From NCBI GenBank assembly GCA_038230375.1, contig JBBRNJ010000084.1, positions 1 to 36,138 on the forward strand: a stretch of 36,138 nt of DNA. The letters run 5' to 3'. Position 1 is the stretch's first letter, and the number at the start of each line of letters is the position of its first letter. Positions 1 through 11,075 of the stretch are shown piece by piece. The position numbers and the translations under genes are program-made. The notes beneath the pieces are model-generated. The model searched no databases and had not been told where the DNA came from. It worked only from the letters and a program-made list of their open reading frames with translations. This DNA is from Polyangiales bacterium (GTDB taxonomy: Bacteria > Myxococcota_A > Polyangia > Polyangiales > Polyangiaceae).

Positions 1-137
1 CTGAAGCGAACGAGCGACGCTTGGCGTCTGTTGCTCGCTGCCGCCAGTGGTCCCCGGATACGCCGGGTATTGTCCCGTTGCCACGGCGCGATTGATGCGT
101 AGATTCGCGCCTGGGACGGCGACATCCCGCAGTAGTG

Positions 138-1196
138 CTAGGTGCACTCTCCCGAGGCGTGCGCTTGCCTGAACGCGTCCGGCGTGACCGGGTGCCACCG
201 ACGAAACGCGCGGTAGAAGGACGCCTGCTCGCTGTAGCCGAGCAGGTAGGCGATCTCAGGTAGAGAGAGCTTCGACGTGCGCAGGTAACCCTCCGCAGCA
301 TCTCGTCGCGTCTCGTCCAGGAGGTCGCCAAAGCCAACGCCGTGGCTCGCGAGCCGTCGCTGCAAGGTGCGCTCACCCATTCCCATGGCGCGCGCCACCG
401 CGCCGACCGTGGGTGCTCCGTGTGAGAGGCGCCCGCGAATGCTCGTCCTCACGTCGGCGAGCAGCGCTGGCTCCGCGTGTGGCGGTGGCTCCGCGCGCGC
501 GAGCACGCCAAGGAAATAGGCCTCCAGCTCGGGGTCCGCCCTGACGATGGGAGCGCCAAGGATCGTTCGGTCGAGAACGAGCTCCGCGTTGTCTGCGCCC
601 AGGCTCATCTCCACGCCCAGGAACGCGTCGTACTGTCGGCGCTCTTTTTCCGGAATGTGTAGCCGCCGACTCCTCATCGCGCGCACCTTCGGCGGAGCTC
701 TGGAGACCACCGACAGCAGGTGCAGCGCGACGAACATCGTGTACTCGGAGATCAGCATGCTCCCGAGTCGACGCTCTCCGGGCCGGTGCTCTCGCAGGAT
801 CACGCTGTCGCCCTCCGCGATCGTCTCGTACCTCGCGGTGCGGTTCGTGAGGTGCTGGAAGCGCGCGTGGCACGCCATGGCGGCGCCCACGTTCGCCATG
901 GTCTTGCACGCCAGGCCGACGATGCCGAGGCTACTGCCATCGTGCGCGGCGGCGGCCGAGATCACGAGCTCGGGGTACGCGGGCTTCGAGTACATCAGCT
1001 CCATATGCGCGTAGGTCGACGAGCCGTTCACGCGCGCGCCCGGTCGGGTGAGCTCCGCGCGCCGCCACCCGACGACGGACGCAAGCTCGGGTTCGGTCGC
1101 GCCGAAGCGAAGCGACGTCTCGAACGCGGGGAGGACGTTCGTTGCTTCAATGTCGCCTTCCGACAGTGGATTGGCGTCGCTGGACATCGTCGTCAT
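138..1196 (-). CDS. AraC-family transcriptional regulator (N-terminal ligand-binding domain plus C-terminal double HTH)
   Basis: C-terminal AraC signature 'VARAMGMGERTLQRRLA...SLPEIAYLLGYSEQASFYRAFRRW'. The ORF track opens at 1223; the start is more plausibly ATG 1196 or 1187, which avoids overlap with the divergent gene. Confidence 0.9.
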   Translation of the reverse strand: MTTMSSDANPLSEGDIEATNVLPAFETSLRFGATEPELASVVGWRRAELTRPGARVNGSSTYAHMELMYSKPAYPELVISAAAAHDGSSLGIVGLACKTMANVGAAMACHARFQHLTNRTARYETIAEGDSVILREHRPGERRLGSMLISEYTMFVALHLLSVVSRAPPKVRAMRSRRLHIPEKERRQYDAFLGVEMSLGADNAELVLDRTILGAPIVRADPELEAYFLGVLARAEPPPHAEPALLADVRTSIRGRLSHGAPTVGAVARAMGMGERTLQRRLASHGVGFGDLLDETRRDAAEGYLRTSKLSLPEIAYLLGYSEQASFYRAFRRWHPVTPDAFRQAHASGECT

Positions 1197-1221
1197 CGCG
1201 GTCACGCACCACGATGATGTC

Positions 1222-2037
1222 ATGAGCCAACATCGAGAGATACCCGCCGTCGTTCGTCACCTCGACCGAGCCCTCACGTGGATCACTGCAGGCTGTGTCG
1301 CCGCAGGCCTCTCGGGATGCGGTGGTGTTGTCCCGCTGCCGAAGAGTGCGGCAGCGTCACTCAGGGACCCGCCGGGCAGCTACGGCGAGCTCGTCTACAC
1401 CGGCGCGGTCGTCCCCCGCGGAGGCACGACGCCCGTGTTCCGCTACGAGCGTCGGGTCGAGGAACGTCCGGACGATCTCCAGCGCTCGACCCACGTCACC
1501 CTCTCCACCGAAGGCGAGGTCGTGCTCCTGCAGCAGGCAACCCACACCAGAGACTACGAGCTGGTGCGCTTCGACGAGACAAGCGCGCAGCGCGGGACCG
1601 TCACCACCATCACGGTCGGCGCCGATCGCTCGCTCACGTTCCGCCAGGAGGGAGCAGCCAAGGTCGTCCGCAAGGTGGAGGGAGGCGGCGATGGCGGCGC
1701 GCCCGTCGTTGTCGGGCCAACCCTGTTCGGCTTCGTACGTGCGCATCTGGCCCAGCTGCGAGCAGGCAACGATGTGGACGTGCGGTTCGCCGTGCCTGAG
1801 GAATGCCGAACATACTCGTTCGTGCTGGCGATGAGCACGCACGATCGCGGCGTCACCACGATCACGCTGACGCCGTCACAGGTGCTGCTTCGCCTCGTCA
1901 TCTCACCGATGCGGATCGTGATCGACGATCGAACCGGGAACTTCACGTCCTACCACGGTCGCGTGCCGCCGCTCCTGCACGGCAGCAGCTTCGATGCAAA
2001 CGTGCAGTATACATATAATGGGTCGGCCTATCGTTGA
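1222..2037 (+). CDS. Hypothetical exported protein, probable lipoprotein
   Basis: ATG 1222 is in frame with ORF 1048..2037; hydrophobic stretch ends in a lipobox-like 'GLSGC'; beta-rich mature region; divergent from the AraC gene. Confidence 0.7.
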   Translation: MSQHREIPAVVRHLDRALTWITAGCVAAGLSGCGGVVPLPKSAAASLRDPPGSYGELVYTGAVVPRGGTTPVFRYERRVEERPDDLQRSTHVTLSTEGEVVLLQQATHTRDYELVRFDETSAQRGTVTTITVGADRSLTFRQEGAAKVVRKVEGGGDGGAPVVVGPTLFGFVRAHLAQLRAGNDVDVRFAVPEECRTYSFVLAMSTHDRGVTTITLTPSQVLLRLVISPMRIVIDDRTGNFTSYHGRVPPLLHGSSFDANVQYTYNGSAYR

Positions 2038-2066
2038 GGCCGCGCTCGGTCGCGGAAAGGACGCAC

Positions 2067-2104
2067 AAAACGCAGTAGCCCGAGATCGTTTGATCCCGGG
2101 CTAC
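2067..2104 (-). terminator. Intrinsic terminator hairpin between convergent genes
   Basis: Stem GTAGCCCGaGATC-gttt-GATCcCGGGCTAC (2075-2104), followed on the minus strand by a short T run (AAAA at 2067-2070); lies just past the stop of the minus-strand vWA gene. Confidence 0.6.
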
Positions 2105-2124
2105 CTGTGCTGCGACTCAGAAGC

Positions 2125-3288
2125 TCAGTTCGTCTGCGTCTTGCAACCGAGGACGACCTCGACCTGGCCGGTGATGTTGTCGACCGCGTCCTGGCAGGCC
2201 TGTCCGTGGAGGATGACCTTCGTGGGGTGCTTGGGGTCGTCGTAGGTCCAGCCGTTGTTGGCGTCTTGCTTCACGAGGGTCGTCTTGCCGTTGCCGTCGT
2301 CGATGACGACGTTGATCTTCGTGGGGTCGGCGTTCGCCGTGTCCGTCGCGAGCGACAGCTCGCACGCGGCGGCAGAGGCGCGAATGTGGTTGAACGCGTT
2401 CACGAAGTCCGTGGTCAGCTGCGCCACCGACTTCGAGCCGGGCTCGACCTGGTAGTGGCACATCTTCGCGATGTTGGTGGTCTCGTTGGGATCGCAGCTC
2501 GGCCGTGCGGTGCCACCAGCGACGGAGAGCGGGCCGAGCCACGTCGGGTCCACGTCGTAGCCGCCGCTCACGTTACCGATGCCAACGACGTACGTCTGGA
2601 TGGCGTCCGTGAGGCTGTCCATGCTCTTCACGAGGCCGACGTAGTCCTTCGCGGAGTCGTTCGGCTGACCGTCGGTCATGAGGACGAGCACCTTCTTGCC
2701 GTCCTTGGGGAGCGGCGCGGCGACGACCAGGTTCTGGAGCTCGCCGTAGGCGCCGTTCATGGCCTCCCACGTGGGCGTGCTGCCGGTGGTGGAGGCAGAG
2801 ATGCGCGCGTTGAGGGAGGACAGTTGCGCCGCGTCCACGTAGTTCACGAAGACGTCCTTCGTGCCGGGGTACGGACCGCTCTCGCTGCTGTCGGCCGGGA
2901 AGAGGATGAGGCCGACGCCTTCGTTGGTGTCGGCCGCGGTCGCGATCGACTGATAGACGCTCTTCATGGCGGCCTGGACGCTGGACCACTTGGTGCCGCT
3001 CATGCTGCCCGACCGGTCCGCGAGGAAGAGGAGATAGACGGGGAGGCGGGTGACCGGCTGCGTGTTGGTCGCGCAGCCCTTCAGCGGATCGTTCGAGACG
3101 TCCACGGCCGCATCACTGGAGCCGAAGCCCGTGTTGCCGGTGGCGGGGCCTGCGTCCACGGGATCGGTCCCGTCAGTGGACTGCGCGGCAAAACCGCTCG
3201 CCTTCCCACTGCCCGAGCAGCCCTGCACAAGCAGGAAAGTTGCTCCGAGAACGGAGAGCGCGACGGCGGACGTGACGAGTGATTTCAT
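2125..3288 (-). CDS. vWA-domain lipoprotein (myxobacterial adhesin-like)
   Basis: Signal peptide with lipobox 'VQGC'; MIDAS 'DRSGSM', 'STPT' and 'LMTDGQPN'; Cys-containing C-terminal domain 'GWTYDD...VILHGQAC'; GGAG RBS before ATG 3288. Confidence 0.85.
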   Translation of the reverse strand: MKSLVTSAVALSVLGATFLLVQGCSGSGKASGFAAQSTDGTDPVDAGPATGNTGFGSSDAAVDVSNDPLKGCATNTQPVTRLPVYLLFLADRSGSMSGTKWSSVQAAMKSVYQSIATAADTNEGVGLILFPADSSESGPYPGTKDVFVNYVDAAQLSSLNARISASTTGSTPTWEAMNGAYGELQNLVVAAPLPKDGKKVLVLMTDGQPNDSAKDYVGLVKSMDSLTDAIQTYVVGIGNVSGGYDVDPTWLGPLSVAGGTARPSCDPNETTNIAKMCHYQVEPGSKSVAQLTTDFVNAFNHIRASAAACELSLATDTANADPTKINVVIDDGNGKTTLVKQDANNGWTYDDPKHPTKVILHGQACQDAVDNITGQVEVVLGCKTQTN

Positions 3289-3534
3289 GAGATCTCCCGC
3301 GAAAGTGGGGCTGCAGGTACTGCGCATCGCTCCCTGCGGGGGACGATGTAGGGTGAACTGCGGTCAGGGCGGCTTTCTACTCAGATTCGACGACCTTGCA
3401 ACCACCCACCTGAAAGATTCGTTAGCTTGCCCAAGTCACCCTCGCCAAAGCGACGCAATAGCAGCCGCTTAGGCAAAACGTCCCCATCGAGTCCCAAGAA
3501 ATTCTGGTGCGAGGGGGAGGGTTGAAGAGGGGAG

Positions 3535-3660
3535 GTTGAAGTCGAGGTCAGGGGTCGAGGGTCGAGGTCGAAGGCGAGGTCAAGGTCAAGGTCGAGGTCG
3601 AGGTCAAGGTCAAGGTCGAGGTCGAGGTCAAGGTCGAGGTCGAGGTCAAGGTCGAGGTCG
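3535..3660. repeat. Hexanucleotide microsatellite (GTCRAG)n upstream of secA
   Basis: 13 consecutive GTCGAG/GTCAAG units at 3579-3656, with degenerate units back to about 3535; intergenic. Confidence 0.95.
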
Positions 3661-3766
3661 GTGAACGTGCCCGCCCCATCACCCGCTCCCATCGCTTACG
3701 TCCGTATGAAAATCGTCCAGCTTGCCCTTTCGCACCTCCACAAGAGCGACTAGTTTCCTCCGTCCA

Positions 3767-6892
<3,126 letters not shown>

Positions 6893-6902
6893 GAACCTGA
6901 TT

Positions 6903-8771
6903 GTGGGTTTGGGTTCGGGGTTGAGGCGCCTTGCAGCTTCGCTGCTCGTGTTGGTTGGATTGTTCGCCGCTTCGCTGCTCGTGTTTTTGTTTGGTGGTGG
7001 GGCGCCGCTTTCGTTTGATGAGTCGCGTGTGAGGGCTGGGGTGCATCCGTCGGTGCTTGTGACCGAGCCTCTTGCGATGCGGGCGCTCGAGGCGCGGGGC
7101 TTTTCGCTTGGCGAGGTGCTCGGGGCGCGGGGCTCTTGGAACGACATGCTGACCACGAGCGCGACATATTCGGCGATCGTGCGGGTGCTCTCGTGGGATC
7201 TTGCGGAGCTTGCGCGGCGGCCTGGGGTGGGTGACGTCGATGCTCGCAAGCCTGGCCTTGCGTACGCGTTCAATCCTTTGTGGCTCACAGGTCGGGATGC
7301 GCGCTTCGAGCTTGTCGGATTTGTGCCGCGTCTCGATCGGGCGTTCGCGGAGCAGGGTACTTGCGGTGAGCTTCGGCTCGTGTACCGGCTCGCTCTCACG
7401 CGGCCCGGTCGTCCGGGTACGCGGTTGCCGATGACGCTCAGTGTGATCATGGTGCCTCGCGGCGACGCAGCTGCATGCGCGGGGCTCGCGAAGGCTCTCC
7501 TTGCTCTGCCTGCGGCTGGCAGTGCGCGTGTCACCGCGATCGCAGACATTCTTCGTGTGCATGCAGCGGCTCCGCGGCGGGTGGAGGTGAACCTCCAGAA
7601 CCTGCATGGGCCTGCGACCCCGCGTGATGGTGAGGACCACGCGGAGTACCTGCTGCGCTCGTTCGACGTGACAGCGACCGGCGCGACGGAGCGACCACTC
7701 CTGGACACCCCGGCGGAGGATCTCGCTGCCGACCAACGCAAGGAGCTGGCTGCGTTCATCCACGAACACTTCGACGACGTCGATCGCGGCACGCTGGTCC
7801 TGCCGACGCGCTTCCTTGCAGTGCGCGCGATCTCCGTGAGCCCTCGGGGCCTCGCGCGCACGCGCAACAGGCCTTTCGCGACGCTGTTCGGGAAGGACGC
7901 CGACGTGCTGTTCGCGGATCTGCCGTATGCCTCTGCGCGCATCGCGCGTTCACCGCGCGCGCTGCTCCGTCGCCTGGATCAGGGCACGTGCCAGGGGTGC
8001 CACCAGAGCCGCGCGGTCGCCGGCTTTCACCTCCTCGGCGAGGAGCGAAGCGGCGCTACGTTCAACGCCCTCGCCGTCGGCCATTCGAATCACCTGGGCG
8101 CGGAGCTCGCCTGGCGCGAGGGCTTCGTAGGGGCTCTGGCGCACGGCGAGAAATACGAGGTCCCTCGTCCGTTCGCCGAGCGCGCCACCGAGGGGCCCGG
8201 CGCGCATGGTGAGCGCTGCGGCCTGGGCGAGCTGGGCTTTGCATCGTTCGCGTGCGCAGCAGGCCTCGCGTGCAAGGACGATCGCCACGACGAGCTCGGT
8301 GCGTGCGCGCCGACCGATGGCAACCACGAAGGCGATGCATGCGAGCGCGCGAACGTGGACGTGCGGCCCGGAGCATCCGGAGATCATCTGCGACCCGAGC
8401 CGCGGCAATCATGCGTCGCCTCCGGGATCGAGGTGCTGCGCGACGCGTGCATCCCGAACGAGACGGGCTTCCCGGGTGGCATGTGCAGCGACCGCTGCGA
8501 GGTCGTAGGTGAGCTCGACGGAGAGCTTGCGTGCGTGGACATCCCGCAAGCCGGCTACGAAGAGGTCTGCTTCAAGAACCACGACCCCATCGAGCAATGC
8601 CTCGCGACGCGCACCCATCGCCTCCGCGCCCGCGCGTGCGCCGCCACGCAACCGTGCCGCGACGACTACGCATGTGCCCGCGCGCCGAACATGCCGGACG
8701 GCCGCGGCGTATGCGTCCCCCCGTACTTCGTGTTCCAGGCGCGTGTGGATGGCCCACGCCTGGACCGCTGA
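6903..8771 (+). CDS. Hypothetical exported/membrane-anchored protein with one CxxCH motif and a Cys-rich C-terminus
   Basis: 622-aa ORF; N-terminal hydrophobic segment; 'CQGCH' at 7989-8003; many Cys in the last ~190 aa. Exact start uncertain. Confidence 0.75.
   Translation: MGLGSGLRRLAASLLVLVGLFAASLLVFLFGGGAPLSFDESRVRAGVHPSVLVTEPLAMRALEARGFSLGEVLGARGSWNDMLTTSATYSAIVRVLSWDLAELARRPGVGDVDARKPGLAYAFNPLWLTGRDARFELVGFVPRLDRAFAEQGTCGELRLVYRLALTRPGRPGTRLPMTLSVIMVPRGDAAACAGLAKALLALPAAGSARVTAIADILRVHAAAPRRVEVNLQNLHGPATPRDGEDHAEYLLRSFDVTATGATERPLLDTPAEDLAADQRKELAAFIHEHFDDVDRGTLVLPTRFLAVRAISVSPRGLARTRNRPFATLFGKDADVLFADLPYASARIARSPRALLRRLDQGTCQGCHQSRAVAGFHLLGEERSGATFNALAVGHSNHLGAELAWREGFVGALAHGEKYEVPRPFAERATEGPGAHGERCGLGELGFASFACAAGLACKDDRHDELGACAPTDGNHEGDACERANVDVRPGASGDHLRPEPRQSCVASGIEVLRDACIPNETGFPGGMCSDRCEVVGELDGELACVDIPQAGYEEVCFKNHDPIEQCLATRTHRLRARACAATQPCRDDYACARAPNMPDGRGVCVPPYFVFQARVDGPRLDR
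6933..6998 (+). repeat. Imperfect 33-bp tandem duplication in the signal/TM region (AASLLVLVGLF / AASLLVFLFGG)
   Basis: GCTTCGCTGCTCGTGTT occurs twice, 33 bp apart. Confidence 0.8.
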
Positions 8772-8806
8772 CGACCCGACCAAGGCGCGACATTTCCGCT
8801 CTTTCT

Positions 8807-8822
8807 TGTGCCAACTGGCACA
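8807..8822. promoter_or_regulatory. Palindrome TGTGCCA-AC-TGGCACA, candidate dimeric regulator or enhancer site
   Basis: Perfect 7-2-7 inverted repeat in the intergenic region, about 95 bp upstream of ATG 8915. Confidence 0.5.
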
Positions 8823-8914
8823 TGCGCGCAGGAGCGATCTCACGTGGTTTCGCGGTGATTGCTGCGAAATCTTGGACAGCAAGGCATGGAACGCTCTCTG
8901 ATAGAGAAACCACC

Positions 8915-9406
8915 ATGCGCTTCATCCATCTTGTCCTTGTCACGTCTGCTCTCACCCTTCTCGGCGTGGCTGCGTGTAGCGCCGGCTCCACCACCCAGTC
9001 CCCGATCACTGGCGGCGATTCGGGTGCTCGCAGTGACGGCGGCACCAACAACGGTCAGGACGGCGGTCAGAGCGCCGGCGACGGCGGCAACACGGTCATC
9101 ACCGCAGACGCCCTGAGCAAGACTTGCGCAACCGATGACGACTGCATCCCGGTCTACATCGGCGACGTCTGCGGCTTCTGCAACATCTCGAACGCGTCCA
9201 TCGCGAAGAGCGATCAGATGGCCTACCAGGATGCCTACAATGCCGCGCGCGCGAACTGCGCTCCGTCCATGGGTGGCGGCTCGTGCATCCAGGACTCCAA
9301 CATCACTGTCTGCAATGCGCAGAAGACCTGTCAGCTGGTGATGTGTAGTGCGCACCCCGCAGACACACACCACTGCGGCGCGGACGCCGGCGGGGATGGC
9401 GGTTGA
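8915..9406 (+). CDS. Small Cys-rich lipoprotein
   Basis: Signal peptide with lipobox 'VAAC', Gly/Asp linker, then a Cys-rich domain 'CATDDDC...CGFC...C'. Confidence 0.8.
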   Translation: MRFIHLVLVTSALTLLGVAACSAGSTTQSPITGGDSGARSDGGTNNGQDGGQSAGDGGNTVITADALSKTCATDDDCIPVYIGDVCGFCNISNASIAKSDQMAYQDAYNAARANCAPSMGGGSCIQDSNITVCNAQKTCQLVMCSAHPADTHHCGADAGGDGG

Positions 9407-9421
9407 ACGCGCTCGCGGAGA

Positions 9422-10177
9422 TCAGCGCCGTAGCTCGGTGACGACAAGTGAGCCGTCGGACCCCTTCATCTGCATCCGCACGAGCGTCTCGCCCGCGAAC
9501 CAGAGGTCGCGCGGCATGTCGCCTTGCAGACGGACGCGGTGCACCTCGGCGTCGCTGCGCGTCTCGGAGCTGACGTCAATGGCGGTCACGTTCAGGCGCT
9601 TGCCGACGTTCGGGTCGATCATGGAGACGGGCCCAGCGCTGGGCCGCCGCCACAGCGTCGCGGGTACCAGTGGCTGGCTCACGTCGTCCGCCTTGCCATC
9701 GACGTCGGTCCGTACTCCGCCCTCGCGCGCGATCATCGCCACGTTGTGGCGCGTGCCGTTGTCGTTCGTTCGCGAACGGAACGTGACCAGCTTGCCGGCG
9801 CTCCAGGTCTCGCTCGCGTGCTGCTCGTAGCGGTACACCTCCACGAACGCGATCTTCACGCGGATGTTCGTGGTCGTGGAGATCTCCAGTACGTCGCCGC
9901 GACGCGTCTCTGCCACGTCGATGGTACCGATGTTGGAGCCCTCCCGGACCACGTCGTAGGTGCGGTGGAGCTGCGACGGAGCGTCCGCATGCGCAGTACC
10001 CTCCGTGGCGCACATGCCCGCGAAGAGCAGCGAAAGACCGGAGGTGAGAACAGATAGATCACGGTTAAAGGACCAGTCGCGAACGACCGCGTCGCCGCGA
10101 AGGGCTGGGGAATTTACTGGGGAATTTACGGTGTTTTCGGGGCTCGAATCGGAGACTTGTTGGGTGCTTCGGCTCAT
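9422..10177 (-). CDS. DUF6134-like exported protein
   Basis: 'YDVVREGSNIG...IRVKIAFVEVYRYEQHASETWSAGKLVTFRSRTNDNG' resembles the DUF6134 pattern (from memory); signal-like 'A-H-A' cleavage site; start uncertain. Confidence 0.7.
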   Translation of the reverse strand: MSRSTQQVSDSSPENTVNSPVNSPALRGDAVVRDWSFNRDLSVLTSGLSLLFAGMCATEGTAHADAPSQLHRTYDVVREGSNIGTIDVAETRRGDVLEISTTTNIRVKIAFVEVYRYEQHASETWSAGKLVTFRSRTNDNGTRHNVAMIAREGGVRTDVDGKADDVSQPLVPATLWRRPSAGPVSMIDPNVGKRLNVTAIDVSSETRSDAEVHRVRLQGDMPRDLWFAGETLVRMQMKGSDGSLVVTELRR

Positions 10178-10236
10178 GAGAGCTCTCTCACGCAAGAACC
10201 TGGCCCAGCAGTGTCACCGCTCTCCCGGCGCGAACA

Positions 10237-10998
10237 TCAACCGGGCGGGCAGTGCTCCATGCAGGTGGCCTCTGCCTCGGTGCAACGCTGCATGCATGCG
10301 ACGCCTTCGTCGGTGAGCTCGTCCTCTGCATTCGTGAACCGCGCAACGCACGGCTTTGTGCAGGCCTCGCTCCTGTCGAGGCATGCAGAGAGACAAGGGC
10401 TGCCAAAGCGCTTCCATTTTGGATCGCGAAACGTCACGCCGTGGAATACGACCCGCGCCCCGCATGGCAGGTGGACTGGACGCATGGCGGGGTCCGTGCG
10501 CCGTCCACCGTACTCGCGGGTCGTCGAGCCCGCGAGCAGCGCTCCGTCTTCCACGGTGAGGTCGAGCGCGAAGCTCGTCTCCTGCGCGCTGCACACCGTG
10601 GTCAGTCGCGGAGTCGCGCGGCGCGGGTCGCCATCGCAGCGCATGGGCACATCCAGGTCGAGCCAGCGCTCGTGCACGCCGAGCATGGGAACATCGATGA
10701 AGATCGCCTTGCCCTCGCGACGCACCCATACGTCGAGCGCCCCACCATCCGTGGAGCCTTCCACGCACGCCTTCGTCCGCGTGCCCGCATCGCTGCCTGC
10801 GTCTGACACCGCGACCGCCGCGTCGGGCGCCCACGGCTCGGTGGTTGTCGGCTCGTACTCCGGCGTTGTGCGTGAACCAGCCGCCCTACCCGGCGCGCCA
10901 CCCGCGCACGCTGCAACCGCGACCGACCAGGCGACAAGGGCGAGCGTGAGGACAGCGCGGCGCGAGCGCAGAAAATGCGTCAGGAAATGGGAACGCAC
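10237..10998 (-). CDS. Hypothetical lipoprotein with a C-terminal Cys-repeat domain
   Basis: GTG 10998 gives 'RSRRAVLTLALVAWSVAVAAC'; C-terminus 'CLSAC...C...C...CMQRC...CMEHC'. Confidence 0.6.
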   Translation of the reverse strand: MRSHFLTHFLRSRRAVLTLALVAWSVAVAACAGGAPGRAAGSRTTPEYEPTTTEPWAPDAAVAVSDAGSDAGTRTKACVEGSTDGGALDVWVRREGKAIFIDVPMLGVHERWLDLDVPMRCDGDPRRATPRLTTVCSAQETSFALDLTVEDGALLAGSTTREYGGRRTDPAMRPVHLPCGARVVFHGVTFRDPKWKRFGSPCLSACLDRSEACTKPCVARFTNAEDELTDEGVACMQRCTEAEATCMEHCPPG

Positions 10999-11075
10999 GG
11001 TGGTACGAGGATATCCGCATTCGGCCGACTTGCCTGGTGCGACTTCCCGCTGTTCGTGACGTCTGATACGCCGGA

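Noticed and set aside
3535..3660. CRISPR array
   Set aside because: Contiguous 6-bp units with no unique spacers; no cas genes in the window.
3381..3692. ORF encoding a (DL)n peptide
   Set aside because: Fully explained by the hexamer microsatellite, which lacks stop codons; no RBS or protein-like context.
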